From Thermococcus sp. (GTDB lineage: Archaea > Methanobacteriota_B > Thermococci > Thermococcales > Thermococcaceae): a stretch of 64,000 nucleotides of DNA. Positions 47,058-55,777 of the stretch are shown here, one piece after another. The notes under the pieces were generated by a model. That model had not been told where the DNA came from, made no database searches, and worked only from the letters and a program-made list of their open reading frames with translations. Where the stretch lies: the NCBI RefSeq assembly GCF_015521605.1, contig NZ_WANV01000017.1:6013-70012 (forward strand), in the 5' to 3' direction. Each line of letters starts with the position of its first letter. The first letter of the stretch is position 1. Position numbers and translations under genes: made by a program.

Positions 47058-47411
47058 ATGCCGAGAAAAAGACGCCTTCCCGACGTCGTGACCATCAAAA
47101 TGCCCGTCCTAGTTCAGCCTCGTGATGTGTTTGAAGTAGTCTTCGAAAGTGAGGAAGCCAGGAAGATGGCCGAGGAGATTGTGGAGTACATCAAGAAGAA
47201 CGGCCGCATGGGTTGGGACGAGTACAAGGAGCTCTTCCCGCCCGAGAAGCATTACCTCTACTTCCGCGTTATCAAGAGGCTTGAGGCCCTCGGCTTCATC
47301 AGCAGGGGCGCCTACCACACGTACATTCTCTCGAAGAAGTTTACTGACAGGATGGAGTATCTCGGCAAACTCTGGCTTTTCAAGATGGGCAAAGTCGAGG
47401 AAATCTGGTGA
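47058..47411 (+). CDS. Winged-helix-like protein (117 aa)
   Basis: IVEYIKKNGRMGWDEYKELF..YFRVIKRLEALGFISRG pattern. Confidence 0.5.
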   Translation: MPRKRRLPDVVTIKMPVLVQPRDVFEVVFESEEARKMAEEIVEYIKKNGRMGWDEYKELFPPEKHYLYFRVIKRLEALGFISRGAYHTYILSKKFTDRMEYLGKLWLFKMGKVEEIW

Positions 47412-47599
47412 GGAACATGACTACTGAGATGTTGTCAATTCTTGTTGGAATAATATTGATCATTGCAGGAGCACTCATTGGGGCAAAGGGCCTTGCTGAG
47501 GGAAATACTGTTTTAGCAGTGCTCGGGATCGGATTTGGTTATGGCGGAATGGCGATACTCAATGGGTGGGGCGATATCAGTCATGCAGAGGGGTGGTGA
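47408..47599 (+). CDS. Small membrane protein (63 aa, 2 TM)
   Basis: LSILVGIILIIAGALIGA and LAVLGIGFGYGGMAIL helices. ATGA-type overlap upstream. Confidence 0.45.
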   Translation: MRNMTTEMLSILVGIILIIAGALIGAKGLAEGNTVLAVLGIGFGYGGMAILNGWGDISHAEGW

Positions 47600-47657
47600 C
47601 GGCCATGACCGCAGTCCTAATAACCCGCGGAGTTAATATCCCACGCGGTGGGACAAT

Positions 47658-47911
47658 ATGCCCAAAAAGGCCCACAAAAATAGGGGCTCTCACACGGCCC
47701 AAAAAGCCCGAAAGAGCAAGAAGGTTAGAGTTCACATCTACCTTGATGAAGAGGTTGTCGCGGGTTTGCGGGAAGAAGGCTTCAACCTCTCTCAACTATT
47801 CAACAAGCTTGGGAGGGAGCGCCTTATGATGATGCGCTCTCAAAGGGGTCTCTTTTTCACGACAGAAAAGCTGGCGGGCCGGGCGGGATTTGAACCCGCG
47901 ACCTTCGGCTC
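47658..47911 (+). CDS. int: SSV-type integrase N-terminal fragment Int(N)
   Basis: The ORF enters attR in the same frame as Int(C) reads attL (..TTEKLAGRAGFEPATFGS). Alternative start at ATG 47826. The continuation beyond 47911 is read-through across the tRNA, not a real protein. Confidence 0.7.
47872..47911. repeat. attR core (40 bp)
   Basis: Identical to 26636-26675. Forms tRNA-Arg from the 3' side of the anticodon stem through CCA. Confidence 0.9.
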
Positions 47912-47949
47912 CGGAGGCCGACGCCCTGTCCCGACTAGGCCACCGGCCC
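47872..47949 (-). tRNA. tRNA-Arg (CCG), CCA encoded; integration target
   Basis: Reverse complement GGGCCGGTGGCCTAGTCGGGACAGGGCGTCGGCCTCCGGAGCCGAAGGTCGCGGGTTCAAATCCCGCCCGGCCCGCCA. Anticodon stem UCGGC/GCCGA with loop CUCCGGA. Confidence 0.9.
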
Positions 47950-48092
47950 ACGCCCATAGGTATTCCCTGGGTAGATTTAAAAACCTAATCACCGCTCTTG
48001 ATGAATCAAAATGTACACCAAAGCATCGAAAAGCACAAAAACTTTTTAGCTTAGGCACCCTACATAGAACAAGGAAGAGGAGGAGTGATACC

Positions 48093-48458
48093 ATGCAGCC
48101 CCACGAATTCAAGCTCACCGAAGAAGGTATAAAGGCTGTTCTTCCGCCCCTTGAGGCCGAGATAATGGAGCACATGTGGAGGGTCAAGGTGGCGACGGCA
48201 GGACAGGTCTATGAATATATGAAAGTGAAGCACCCGGACATAAGGCGCTCCACCATAAGCATCCTCATGAACCGCCTGTGCGAGCGCGGACTCCTCAAGA
48301 GGAGCGTTGAGAAGGGAAGGGGTGGAATGAGGTACGTGTACTCCATAACAACGACCCGTGAAGAGTTCGAAGAGAGGGTCGTCCAGAGCATCCTCGATGC
48401 ACTGATGACAAACTTCAAGGAGGCGACCTACGCCTATCTCTCCAGAATTAAGAAGTGA
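48093..48458 (+). CDS. BlaI/MecI/CopY-family winged-helix repressor
   Basis: 121 aa from ATG 48093. AGQVYEYMK..STISILMNRLCERGLLKR..YVYS pattern. Confidence 0.7.
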   Translation: MQPHEFKLTEEGIKAVLPPLEAEIMEHMWRVKVATAGQVYEYMKVKHPDIRRSTISILMNRLCERGLLKRSVEKGRGGMRYVYSITTTREEFEERVVQSILDALMTNFKEATYAYLSRIKK

Positions 48459-48464
48459 TGAGAA

Positions 48465-49247
48465 ATGCTGTTCATTATCATGGCCCTTGAAGTCATACTG
48501 GCCGTGATAGCCCTTAAAGAGCTGGGCCTCAGGATAGCGCTAGCTACCTTCGGCTCAATAGTCCTCCTGTACCTCTGGGTCTCAACTAAGGACGTCAAGG
48601 GCAGCTACCTGACACTCCAGAGGAGCGAAATCCCATGGCTCTACGACGGCATAGCGGAGATGGCCAAGAAGGCCGGGCTCCCGATGCCCAGGGTGTATAT
48701 TCTGGACGACTATATACCCAACGCATACTCCTTCAAGAACACGATAGTCCTTTCCCTGGGGCTCTTTGAAGTTCTCGACAGCGATGAGATACTCGCCGTT
48801 GCCGCCCATGAGCTCGGCCACATAAAGAACGGCGACACAAAGATATTCCCCGTGCTCGCCTACGGCAGATTCCTCATGATGGTGTTCACGGCCGTGCTCA
48901 TACTTCTTGCCCACAGGTCAGCCGTTACGATAGCGGCCCTCCTCCTCTACGCCCTCTACGAGATCGCCAGGGCTAACTTCCTTAAGAGCAGGGAGTTCCA
49001 GGCGGATGAAACGGCACTCAGACTGCTGGATGTGCCGATGAACCTCAAACACGCCCTCGAAGAGCTCAAGTACTACGAAGACCTGAGGGTTGGCGTCAGG
49101 CTGAATGCCCTACCGAGCATAGAACCAGCGATAGAGAGGAAGCAGAAACCGGCAATAATAGAAACCCACCCAAGTTACGACGAAAGGATATTTAGGATAC
49201 TCGTGGAGATCAACGGCAACAACATGTTCAACCAGCGCGTGCAGTGA
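48465..49247 (+). CDS. Membrane zinc metalloprotease (M48/HtpX-like, BlaR1-type partner)
   Basis: 260 aa with TM helices and an HELGHIKNGD (HExxH) motif. Starts 6 nt after the repressor gene. Confidence 0.75.
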   Translation: MLFIIMALEVILAVIALKELGLRIALATFGSIVLLYLWVSTKDVKGSYLTLQRSEIPWLYDGIAEMAKKAGLPMPRVYILDDYIPNAYSFKNTIVLSLGLFEVLDSDEILAVAAHELGHIKNGDTKIFPVLAYGRFLMMVFTAVLILLAHRSAVTIAALLLYALYEIARANFLKSREFQADETALRLLDVPMNLKHALEELKYYEDLRVGVRLNALPSIEPAIERKQKPAIIETHPSYDERIFRILVEINGNNMFNQRVQ

Positions 49248-49253
49248 TGGCCT

Positions 49254-49790
49254 ATGACAGTTGAGATAATACTCGATAGGGAAAAGGCAGAGAGGATAAA
49301 GCGCATCCGCCCCACCAAGGACGAGTACTTCATGCTTATCGCCAAGCTCGTCTCCCTCCGGGCAACCTGTCCCCGCCTCAGGGTCGGTGCGGTGGCCGTG
49401 AAAGACGGCTACATCCTTGCCACTGGCTACAACGGTGCACCCAGGGGCATGGAGCACTGCATCGACGTGGGATGCCTCATCGTCGATGGGCACTGCCACA
49501 GGGCGGTCCACGCCGAGCAGAACGTCATAGCGATGGCGGCTAGGAAGGGCATAAGCCTCGAAGGAGCAACGCTCTACGTCACCCACTTCCCCTGCGACAT
49601 CTGCTTCAAGATAGTCATAAACGCTGGAATAAAGGAGATAGTCTACGAGGAGATGTATCCCAACGAGGCAACGGAGATCCTGCTCAAAGAGGCGCAGGAA
49701 AAGGGAATAGTCAGGATAAGACAGTTCAAGCTTTCGAAGGAAAGGGTGCAGGCATTCCTGGAGGAGCTTTTTGGGGAGTTCGTGGACTAG
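49254..49790 (+). CDS. dCMP/cytidine deaminase-family zinc enzyme
   Basis: HAEQN and PCDICFK zinc-ligand motifs. Confidence 0.8.
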   Translation: MTVEIILDREKAERIKRIRPTKDEYFMLIAKLVSLRATCPRLRVGAVAVKDGYILATGYNGAPRGMEHCIDVGCLIVDGHCHRAVHAEQNVIAMAARKGISLEGATLYVTHFPCDICFKIVINAGIKEIVYEEMYPNEATEILLKEAQEKGIVRIRQFKLSKERVQAFLEELFGEFVD

Positions 49791-50161
49791 AGCTTTTCGT
49801 TTATCTCCTCAAGCCTCCTGTTTATCTCCTCCATCTCGATTGCGATTTTTCTCGTCAGCTCCGTTATCTCCCTCTCGGTTCTGTCCACCGCAACATAGAC
49901 CTTCAATATAAGGAGGTACGACAGGCCTATCGCGAGGACGAACAGTGCGTCGAGGCCCCTCCCGAGACCGAGGAGCTTCCGGATCTCGTTGGCCATTTCG
50001 AGGGGGAATATCGCCACCACCAGCAGACCCAGGAGGATGGCCTCCCAAAAGAGGAAATCACCCCACTCAAACTCCTTCTTTCCGTACTTGCCCAGCACGT
50101 AGAGCATCAGGGCCAGCACGACAACTATGGCTATGTACTGAACCGCGTACATCATCATCAC
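49787..50161 (-). CDS. DUF2304-like small membrane protein
   Basis: 124 aa with 3-4 TM helices and a helical tail. 4-nt overlap with the upstream glycosyltransferase gene, a typical pairing. Confidence 0.55.
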   Translation of the reverse strand: MMMMYAVQYIAIVVVLALMLYVLGKYGKKEFEWGDFLFWEAILLGLLVVAIFPLEMANEIRKLLGLGRGLDALFVLAIGLSYLLILKVYVAVDRTEREITELTRKIAIEMEEINRRLEEINEKL

Positions 50162-51480
50162 CTCAGCTTATCAAACAGCAGGTTGAGGGCTATCTTAACA
50201 CCCTCCAGGATGTTCGTCCCCTTTTTCATGGAATACTCGGTGTACACGGCGCGGATTGGTACCTCAACAATGCGACAGCCGTTCCTGGCGGCCTCGATGA
50301 TGATCTCGCTTGAAACCGCATAGCGGTCGCAGGTTATCCTTATCTTTGCGGCGCAATCCCTGCTAAAGCACCTCAGCCCGCTCTGACTGTCGCTGACGTA
50401 TTTTCGCGCAAAGACGGCCGTTATGGCATCGAGGACGAAGTTCCCGAAGCGCTTCACGAAGGGCATCTGACTGGTGTCGCCCTTAAGCCTCGAACCAACG
50501 GCAAAGTCCGCCTTTCCTTCGGCGACGGGCTTCATAACCCTCAGGGCATCGCTCACGAGGTGCTGACCGTCGGCGTCGAAGGTGAGGATAAGGCGGGCGT
50601 TCCTCCTGAGGGCGTACATTATTCCGGTGCCGAGTGCGCCGCCGAGGCCGCGGTTGACCAAGTGGGTGAGGACGTGGACACCCTTCGAGCGGGCTATCTC
50701 CCGGGTTCTGTCGCGGGAGCCATCGTTGACGACAACTATCTCCTCCCGTCTAAAATATTTGAGCAGCTCATCGAGGACGGCACCGATGGTCACCTCCTCA
50801 TTGTAGGCGGGAACAACAACGTAGGTACTGAGGAGGTTTTCCAGGAGTGCAAGGAGGCCCTTCATATCCTGAACTTCAAAATGGGGCGTCGAGTCTACCG
50901 AGAAGCTCATCCTTCCGGCTATGTGGCCCGTTATCATGACGCTCAACGCGCCGAGCTCCCTGGCCGGGAGTACGTCGTAGCCGTGGTCACCAACCACCAG
51001 AACATTGGTCGGTTCAAGGCCAAAGGCCTCGATTATCCTCCGGAGCTGTCCGGGGCTGGGCTTGAGCTCATCGGGAGGGACATCGTCCCTGGTGGAGACC
51101 ACGCCAAAATAGTCGCCTATCCCGTGCATCTCTAAGGCCTTCAGCGTTGCCTCCCGAGAGCTCCTGGTCATTATCGCCATCTTGATGTTCCTCTCCCTCA
51201 GAAAGTTCAAGACCTGCAGGACTCCGTCAAACAGAAAGCCGTCCTTCATTCTTTCAGACTCAAGCTCGACAAGGATCGAGTAAAGCTCCTCAAAGTCCCT
51301 TCCCGTCTCGCGAGATATCCTCAGCAGATTCTCGTACATAGGCGTCAGATCGCCGATTATTTCTTCGGGTATCCCCATTTCAATGAGCCAGGATTTGAGC
51401 TCTTCCTTAATTTCAGCGAAGGGTCTGGGTGCACCGACCAGTGTTCCATCAAGGTCAAAGACCACCAGTTTCACGTCCAT
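50158..51480 (-). CDS. HAD phosphatase-like domain fused to a family-2 glycosyltransferase
   Basis: N-terminal VVFDLDGTLV (HAD motif I). C-terminal VVPAYNEE and DADGQH (GT-A DxD). Confidence 0.75.
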   Translation of the reverse strand: MDVKLVVFDLDGTLVGAPRPFAEIKEELKSWLIEMGIPEEIIGDLTPMYENLLRISRETGRDFEELYSILVELESERMKDGFLFDGVLQVLNFLRERNIKMAIMTRSSREATLKALEMHGIGDYFGVVSTRDDVPPDELKPSPGQLRRIIEAFGLEPTNVLVVGDHGYDVLPARELGALSVMITGHIAGRMSFSVDSTPHFEVQDMKGLLALLENLLSTYVVVPAYNEEVTIGAVLDELLKYFRREEIVVVNDGSRDRTREIARSKGVHVLTHLVNRGLGGALGTGIMYALRRNARLILTFDADGQHLVSDALRVMKPVAEGKADFAVGSRLKGDTSQMPFVKRFGNFVLDAITAVFARKYVSDSQSGLRCFSRDCAAKIRITCDRYAVSSEIIIEAARNGCRIVEVPIRAVYTEYSMKKGTNILEGVKIALNLLFDKLR

Positions 51481-51536
51481 GTTCTCACCGAAGGGTTTAT
51501 TTTTGGCCAGTCCTAAGGAAGTTGGGTGTCTAAGAT

Positions 51537-52445
51537 ATGATAGCGGCCGCTCCGCTTATAGGTTTAACCCTAACGCTCATCCTCACCCCTTACGTCGCCG
51601 CAAGAATGAAGAGGGCTGGAATAATCGGGAGAGACATCCACAAAATGAACCAGCCGGAAGTGGCGGAGATGGGGGGCATAGCCCTTCTCCTCGCCATCCC
51701 CCTGGCGCTCTCACCCTTCATGAACGAGGAAATCGTAAAGGTTCTCATGGTCTTCCTGCTCTTCGGAGTCGTCGGGATCATAGACGATCTGACTAACCTG
51801 AGACAGCTCCACAAGGTTGTTATATCGCTCTTGGTCTCTGTCCCGGTGGCGTTCTTCAGCATCGCATCGGAGGTAGATCTCTTCGGTCACACCCTCAATC
51901 TGGGCATTCTGTATCCAGTTTTCGCTGTGCTCTTCGTTACCGGCTCGGCGAATCTTGTGAACATGCTGGCTGGGTTCAACGGACTGGAGGTGGGGACATC
52001 CGCCATAATCCTGGGAGTTCTGGCCGCGATAACCGAAGGAAATGCCAGAGTCATCGCGCTGACCGGGATGGGAGCAGCGTTGGGCTTCCTGTGGTGGAAC
52101 AGGTATCCCGCAAGGGTCTTTCCGGGCGATACCGGAACCCTCAGCATCGGTGCCCTAATAGGACTGGTCGCCATCACCGGGAAGGTGGAGATCTACGCGG
52201 CGCTTCTCCTCATCCCCCACTTCCTTGACTTCGTCATAAAGGCGGCAGGTGTTCGCTTCGGTGTGAGGAGGCACGGGAGAACGAGGGTTCTCCCTGATGG
52301 GACGCTCCAGGCACCGCCCTATCCCAGCCTCCTGGGGAAAATAATGAGAAAAGTCAGGGTTACCGAGCCCAAGCTTGTGGCTATTGTGTGGCTGATAGAG
52401 CTCAGCCTTGGCCTTCTCGTCTGGGCTCTTCATCAATTACTTTGA
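51537..52445 (+). CDS. aglH: Dolichyl-phosphate GlcNAc-1-phosphate transferase (MraY/WecA GT4 family)
   Basis: 302 aa, polytopic. NMLAGFNGLEVG and FPGDTGTL motifs. Confidence 0.7.
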   Translation: MIAAAPLIGLTLTLILTPYVAARMKRAGIIGRDIHKMNQPEVAEMGGIALLLAIPLALSPFMNEEIVKVLMVFLLFGVVGIIDDLTNLRQLHKVVISLLVSVPVAFFSIASEVDLFGHTLNLGILYPVFAVLFVTGSANLVNMLAGFNGLEVGTSAIILGVLAAITEGNARVIALTGMGAALGFLWWNRYPARVFPGDTGTLSIGALIGLVAITGKVEIYAALLLIPHFLDFVIKAAGVRFGVRRHGRTRVLPDGTLQAPPYPSLLGKIMRKVRVTEPKLVAIVWLIELSLGLLVWALHQLL

Positions 52446-53151
52446 CCATTCCAAAGCCGTAGCGGGTCTTCTCTCCGAAGCCGTTCTCGTAGCCGAAGCG
52501 GGCTATCTCAAGGGAGCCGTGGTAGCGGAATATCATGAGGGAGCCGCGGTAATAGGTATCCCTGACGAGAATCCTGACGGGCTTGAACTTGATGACATCA
52601 ATCGTGAAGTCCCTTTCCTCGGGCATCGTGCCCATTATTGCCGAGTACCTCATCAGCATTACCTTGCGGAGCTTGTCAAAGAAGGCCTCCTCGCTGGGGT
52701 AGAGATCCCATATCTTCATCCTGTTTCCGCTGAGCTTGACAGTTCTGACCATTATGGGACTGAGCGTTGAGAAGAGCGCCCCGTCCTTTATGCGCGGTTC
52801 CTTGAGAATCTTGATGTCGTCCGCTATGAAGGCTGCATCGCCCAGCTGAAGAACCGGACTGTCTATGAAGCCCTCCACGACGGCCTTTATGAGCTCACTG
52901 GAAGAAGAGGAGACATAGAGGGAAACGTCATCGGAGAGCACCCTTATCCCCTTATCAGGGATCAGCTCGCGCTTCCTGACCATGATACGGGAGAAGGTGA
53001 AGTAATCAACGTGACTCACTTCGGCCTCGTGGGCAATCTCTGGAGAGACTATTGCCATCTTTTCAAGGAGTTGAGCATAAACATCGTAGTTATAATTGAA
53101 CGGAAGAATCGTGCCCTCCTTTGCGGGCCTGAACTTTATCTCAACTCTCAT
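52402..53151 (-). CDS. cas6: Cas6 CRISPR RNA endoribonuclease, stand-alone
   Basis: 249 aa. The C-terminal glycine-rich loop GFGEKTRYGFGMVKV compares with the remembered P. furiosus Cas6 GFGEKNSLGFGMVKV. Length and two-RAMP-domain layout are consistent. Confidence 0.75.
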   Translation of the reverse strand: MRVEIKFRPAKEGTILPFNYNYDVYAQLLEKMAIVSPEIAHEAEVSHVDYFTFSRIMVRKRELIPDKGIRVLSDDVSLYVSSSSSELIKAVVEGFIDSPVLQLGDAAFIADDIKILKEPRIKDGALFSTLSPIMVRTVKLSGNRMKIWDLYPSEEAFFDKLRKVMLMRYSAIMGTMPEERDFTIDVIKFKPVRILVRDTYYRGSLMIFRYHGSLEIARFGYENGFGEKTRYGFGMVKVIDEEPRREGQG

Positions 53152-53371
53152 TACATCCCACCCCTGTGCTATAACCCCCTTATAATTGGTACTCGAAGTT
53201 AATAAGAATTTCGCAAATAAACCACGTATCCATTACTTCAAAATTAAGTCAGGAAAAATCCGCACATCTCGTACCAAAGGTATATAAAGCTGGGTGCCCC
53301 AAAGGATACATGGAAAGGATAGAGTTAAAAAGGCCCTTCTACACAGTTTGGATTGTGAGAGGTGAAAGATT

Positions 53372-54568
53372 ATGAGCGTTGAAGACGTTGGCGTTAAACC
53401 ATCGGACGAGTACGATGATTACATCATGTACCTCAAAAGGAGGATCAGGCAGCTTGAACTCCAGGTGAGAACCCTGGAGGCCGACAAGGAGAGACTGGAG
53501 AGAGAGCTTTCCCGCCTGAGGATGGAAATGTCCCGGCTGAGACAGCCTCCAGCCTTCGCGGGCACGCTCCTTGAGCTGCTCGACGAGGACAGGGCGATAG
53601 TCCAGAACTACAACGGTCCGCGCTTCGTGGTCAGGATAGCCCCCTGGATAGAGAGGGACAACCTCAAACCCGGGGCGAGGGTCGCCCTCGACCAGAGAAC
53701 CATGGCCATAGTGGAACTCCTTCCCAGCGAGAAAGACCCGAGCGTTCTGGGCTTTGAGGTCATCGAAAGGCCGGAGGTCAGCTATAACGACATCGGCGGC
53801 CTGGACAAACAGCTGCAGGAGCTAAGGGAGGCTGTCGAGCTTCCGCTCAAGCACCCGGAGCTCTTTGAAAAGGTGGGGATTGAGCCACCGAAGGGAGTCC
53901 TCCTCTACGGCCCGCCCGGATGTGGAAAGACCCTCATGGCGAAGGCCCTCGCCCACGAAGTCAACGCCACATTCATAAAGGTCGTCGGCAGCGAGCTGGT
54001 GAGGAAGTTCATAGGCGAAGGAGCCCGCTTGGTTCACGAGCTCTTCGAACTGGCCAAGGAGAAGGCCCCGACGATAATATTCATCGATGAAATTGACGCA
54101 ATAGGCGCTAAGAGGATGGACGAGACGACAGGCGGCGAGAGGGAGGTCAACAGGACCCTCATGCAGCTCTTAGCCGAAATGGATGGCTTTGACCCGAGCG
54201 GAAACGTTAAGGTGATAGCGGCGACCAACAGGCCAGACATCCTTGACCCTGCCCTCCTCAGGCCAGGAAGGTTCGACAGGCTTATCGAGGTTCCGCTTCC
54301 GGACTTCAAGGGCAGGCTGGAGATACTCAGGGTCCACACCAGAAAGATGAACCTTAAGGGCGTAGACCTGCGCATCATAGCGGAGATGACTGAAGGAGCC
54401 AGTGGGGCAGACCTGAAGGCGATCGCAACTGAGGCCGGAATGTTCGCCATAAGGGCAAGGCGCGAGTACGTTATCCAGGACGACTTCCTCAAGGCAATAG
54501 AGAAGGTCTTCAGCTCCGAGCAGAAGCTTGCCCAGCAGATAGCCATGCACGAGGTCATGTACGGCTGA
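53372..54568 (+). CDS. pan: Proteasome-activating nucleotidase
   Basis: N-terminal coiled coil, Walker A GPPGCGKT, Walker [10 protein letters not shown]-terminal MYG (HbYX). Confidence 0.95.
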   Translation: MSVEDVGVKPSDEYDDYIMYLKRRIRQLELQVRTLEADKERLERELSRLRMEMSRLRQPPAFAGTLLELLDEDRAIVQNYNGPRFVVRIAPWIERDNLKPGARVALDQRTMAIVELLPSEKDPSVLGFEVIERPEVSYNDIGGLDKQLQELREAVELPLKHPELFEKVGIEPPKGVLLYGPPGCGKTLMAKALAHEVNATFIKVVGSELVRKFIGEGARLVHELFELAKEKAPTIIFIDEIDAIGAKRMDETTGGEREVNRTLMQLLAEMDGFDPSGNVKVIAATNRPDILDPALLRPGRFDRLIEVPLPDFKGRLEILRVHTRKMNLKGVDLRIIAEMTEGASGADLKAIATEAGMFAIRARREYVIQDDFLKAIEKVFSSEQKLAQQIAMHEVMYG

Positions 54569-55679
54569 TTTCCTTCTTTTCCAGCTTTTCTTCCACCCGG
54601 ATTATCCCCCACGCCACCAGGTACATCAGGGGTATCGACAGAAACGCCTTCTCATAGCCGAAGCCGTCAATGAGGAGTCCAACGAGGTACGGGCCAACGG
54701 TTGCGCCAAAGAACCCGACCATGTTGACGAACCCCATGACGGAACCGAGGTTATCCCCGGCAGCCTTTTCCGACGTGTAGGCCGTGACTATGGCCCCCAC
54801 GGAGTAGAACGTCAGTCCCAAGGGAATGATCACCCAGGGGGAAGCGGTGAGGGTGAGGATCAGGGTGAGGAGGGCGTTGAGACCAAAGACCACCGCCACG
54901 CTCCTCCTCCCTATTCTGTCGTAGAGGCCGCCGCCGAAGAGCGAGCCGGCGATTCCGATAACCGAAAGGAGAGAGAAAAGCAGGGACGCCGTTTCGAAGG
55001 AAACGCCCGCGTTAACCAGGAAAGAGACCAGGAAGGTAAGAAGTCCAAAGAAAGCCGCGAGAACTATGAAGTTCGCCGTGCTGAGCAGGAAAACGTTCCG
55101 GGGAATTGAGAACCTGACGCGGGACGGCTTTGAGACCTCACCCCTGACGGCGAAGGCGAGGGCGATTCCGGTTATCAGGCTCATTGCCGAGAGCATCAGA
55201 AAGGCGTAGCGCCATTGGATGCTCACAGCGATGGGGACGACTATCAGGGGGGCTATTCCGCTGCCGACGGGCGGACCGACCATGAAGACGCCCAGGGCAG
55301 AGCCCTTTCTCTCCCGATAGACCTCGCTTATCAGGGCCGTCGCCGGGGCATAATACAGACCCGAGAAAAGACCGTAGAGAGCCCTAACAGCCAGAAGCTC
55401 CCAGTACTCCCGGGCAAGGATTATGAGGGCTGAAGAAAGGGAGTACCCAATTATGCTGAGAACAAGGAGCCTCTTCCTCCCAAAGCGGTCGCCGATGTAT
55501 CCGGCAGGAACCTGAATGAGGGCGTAGGGTAGGAGCAGGGCGGTCATCAAGAGTCCCGCCTCGGCGTTGTTTATCCCAAGCTCTGCCTTTATCATAGGGA
55601 TAAGGGGCGGGATGGCCATCCTGTGGGCATAGTTGAAAACCCATCCGAGCGACACAAGCAATAGGAGCCTCCTCCGCAT
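54555..55679 (-). CDS. MFS transporter
   Basis: 374 aa, about 12 TM, with the GDRFGRKR loop motif. Confidence 0.8.
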   Translation of the reverse strand: MRRRLLLLVSLGWVFNYAHRMAIPPLIPMIKAELGINNAEAGLLMTALLLPYALIQVPAGYIGDRFGRKRLLVLSIIGYSLSSALIILAREYWELLAVRALYGLFSGLYYAPATALISEVYRERKGSALGVFMVGPPVGSGIAPLIVVPIAVSIQWRYAFLMLSAMSLITGIALAFAVRGEVSKPSRVRFSIPRNVFLLSTANFIVLAAFFGLLTFLVSFLVNAGVSFETASLLFSLLSVIGIAGSLFGGGLYDRIGRRSVAVVFGLNALLTLILTLTASPWVIIPLGLTFYSVGAIVTAYTSEKAAGDNLGSVMGFVNMVGFFGATVGPYLVGLLIDGFGYEKAFLSIPLMYLVAWGIIRVEEKLEKKEISRT

Positions 55680-55777
55680 GGTTTCGATAAAGGGCTAAGC
55701 GTTTAAAAGTCTGTTGGGCAATGCCGGCCAACTATGTTTATAAATGCCGGCCAGGAACGGAATTTAGGGAGGGAGCA

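Larger units (their letters stand above)
26636..47911. mobile_element. Integrated plasmid/provirus-like element (about 21.3 kb) with split SSV-type integrase, inserted in tRNA-Arg(CCG)
   Basis: Exact 40-bp direct repeats at both ends. Integrase halves sit at opposite ends. About 40 mostly ORFan genes, nearly all on the + strand with overlapping junctions. Low-GC patches are present. Confidence 0.85.

Noticed and set aside
26636-47911. Element considered as a TKV4/pTN3-type provirus with a double-jelly-roll capsid and an A32-like packaging ATPase
   Set aside because: I could not recognise any capsid-like ORF. The only ATPase is 417 aa with a HerA/VirB4-like layout. This cannot be excluded without structure or profile searches.
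47658-48458. Single 266-aa ORF spanning Int(N), the tRNA-Arg gene and the BlaI-like gene
   Set aside because: This is an accidental in-frame read-through. The middle part is the reverse complement of a tRNA. The real units are Int(N) (to 47911) and the repressor starting at ATG 48093.
53152-53371. Searched for CRISPR repeats next to cas6
   Set aside because: No direct repeats of 24-37 nt were visible here or elsewhere in the window.
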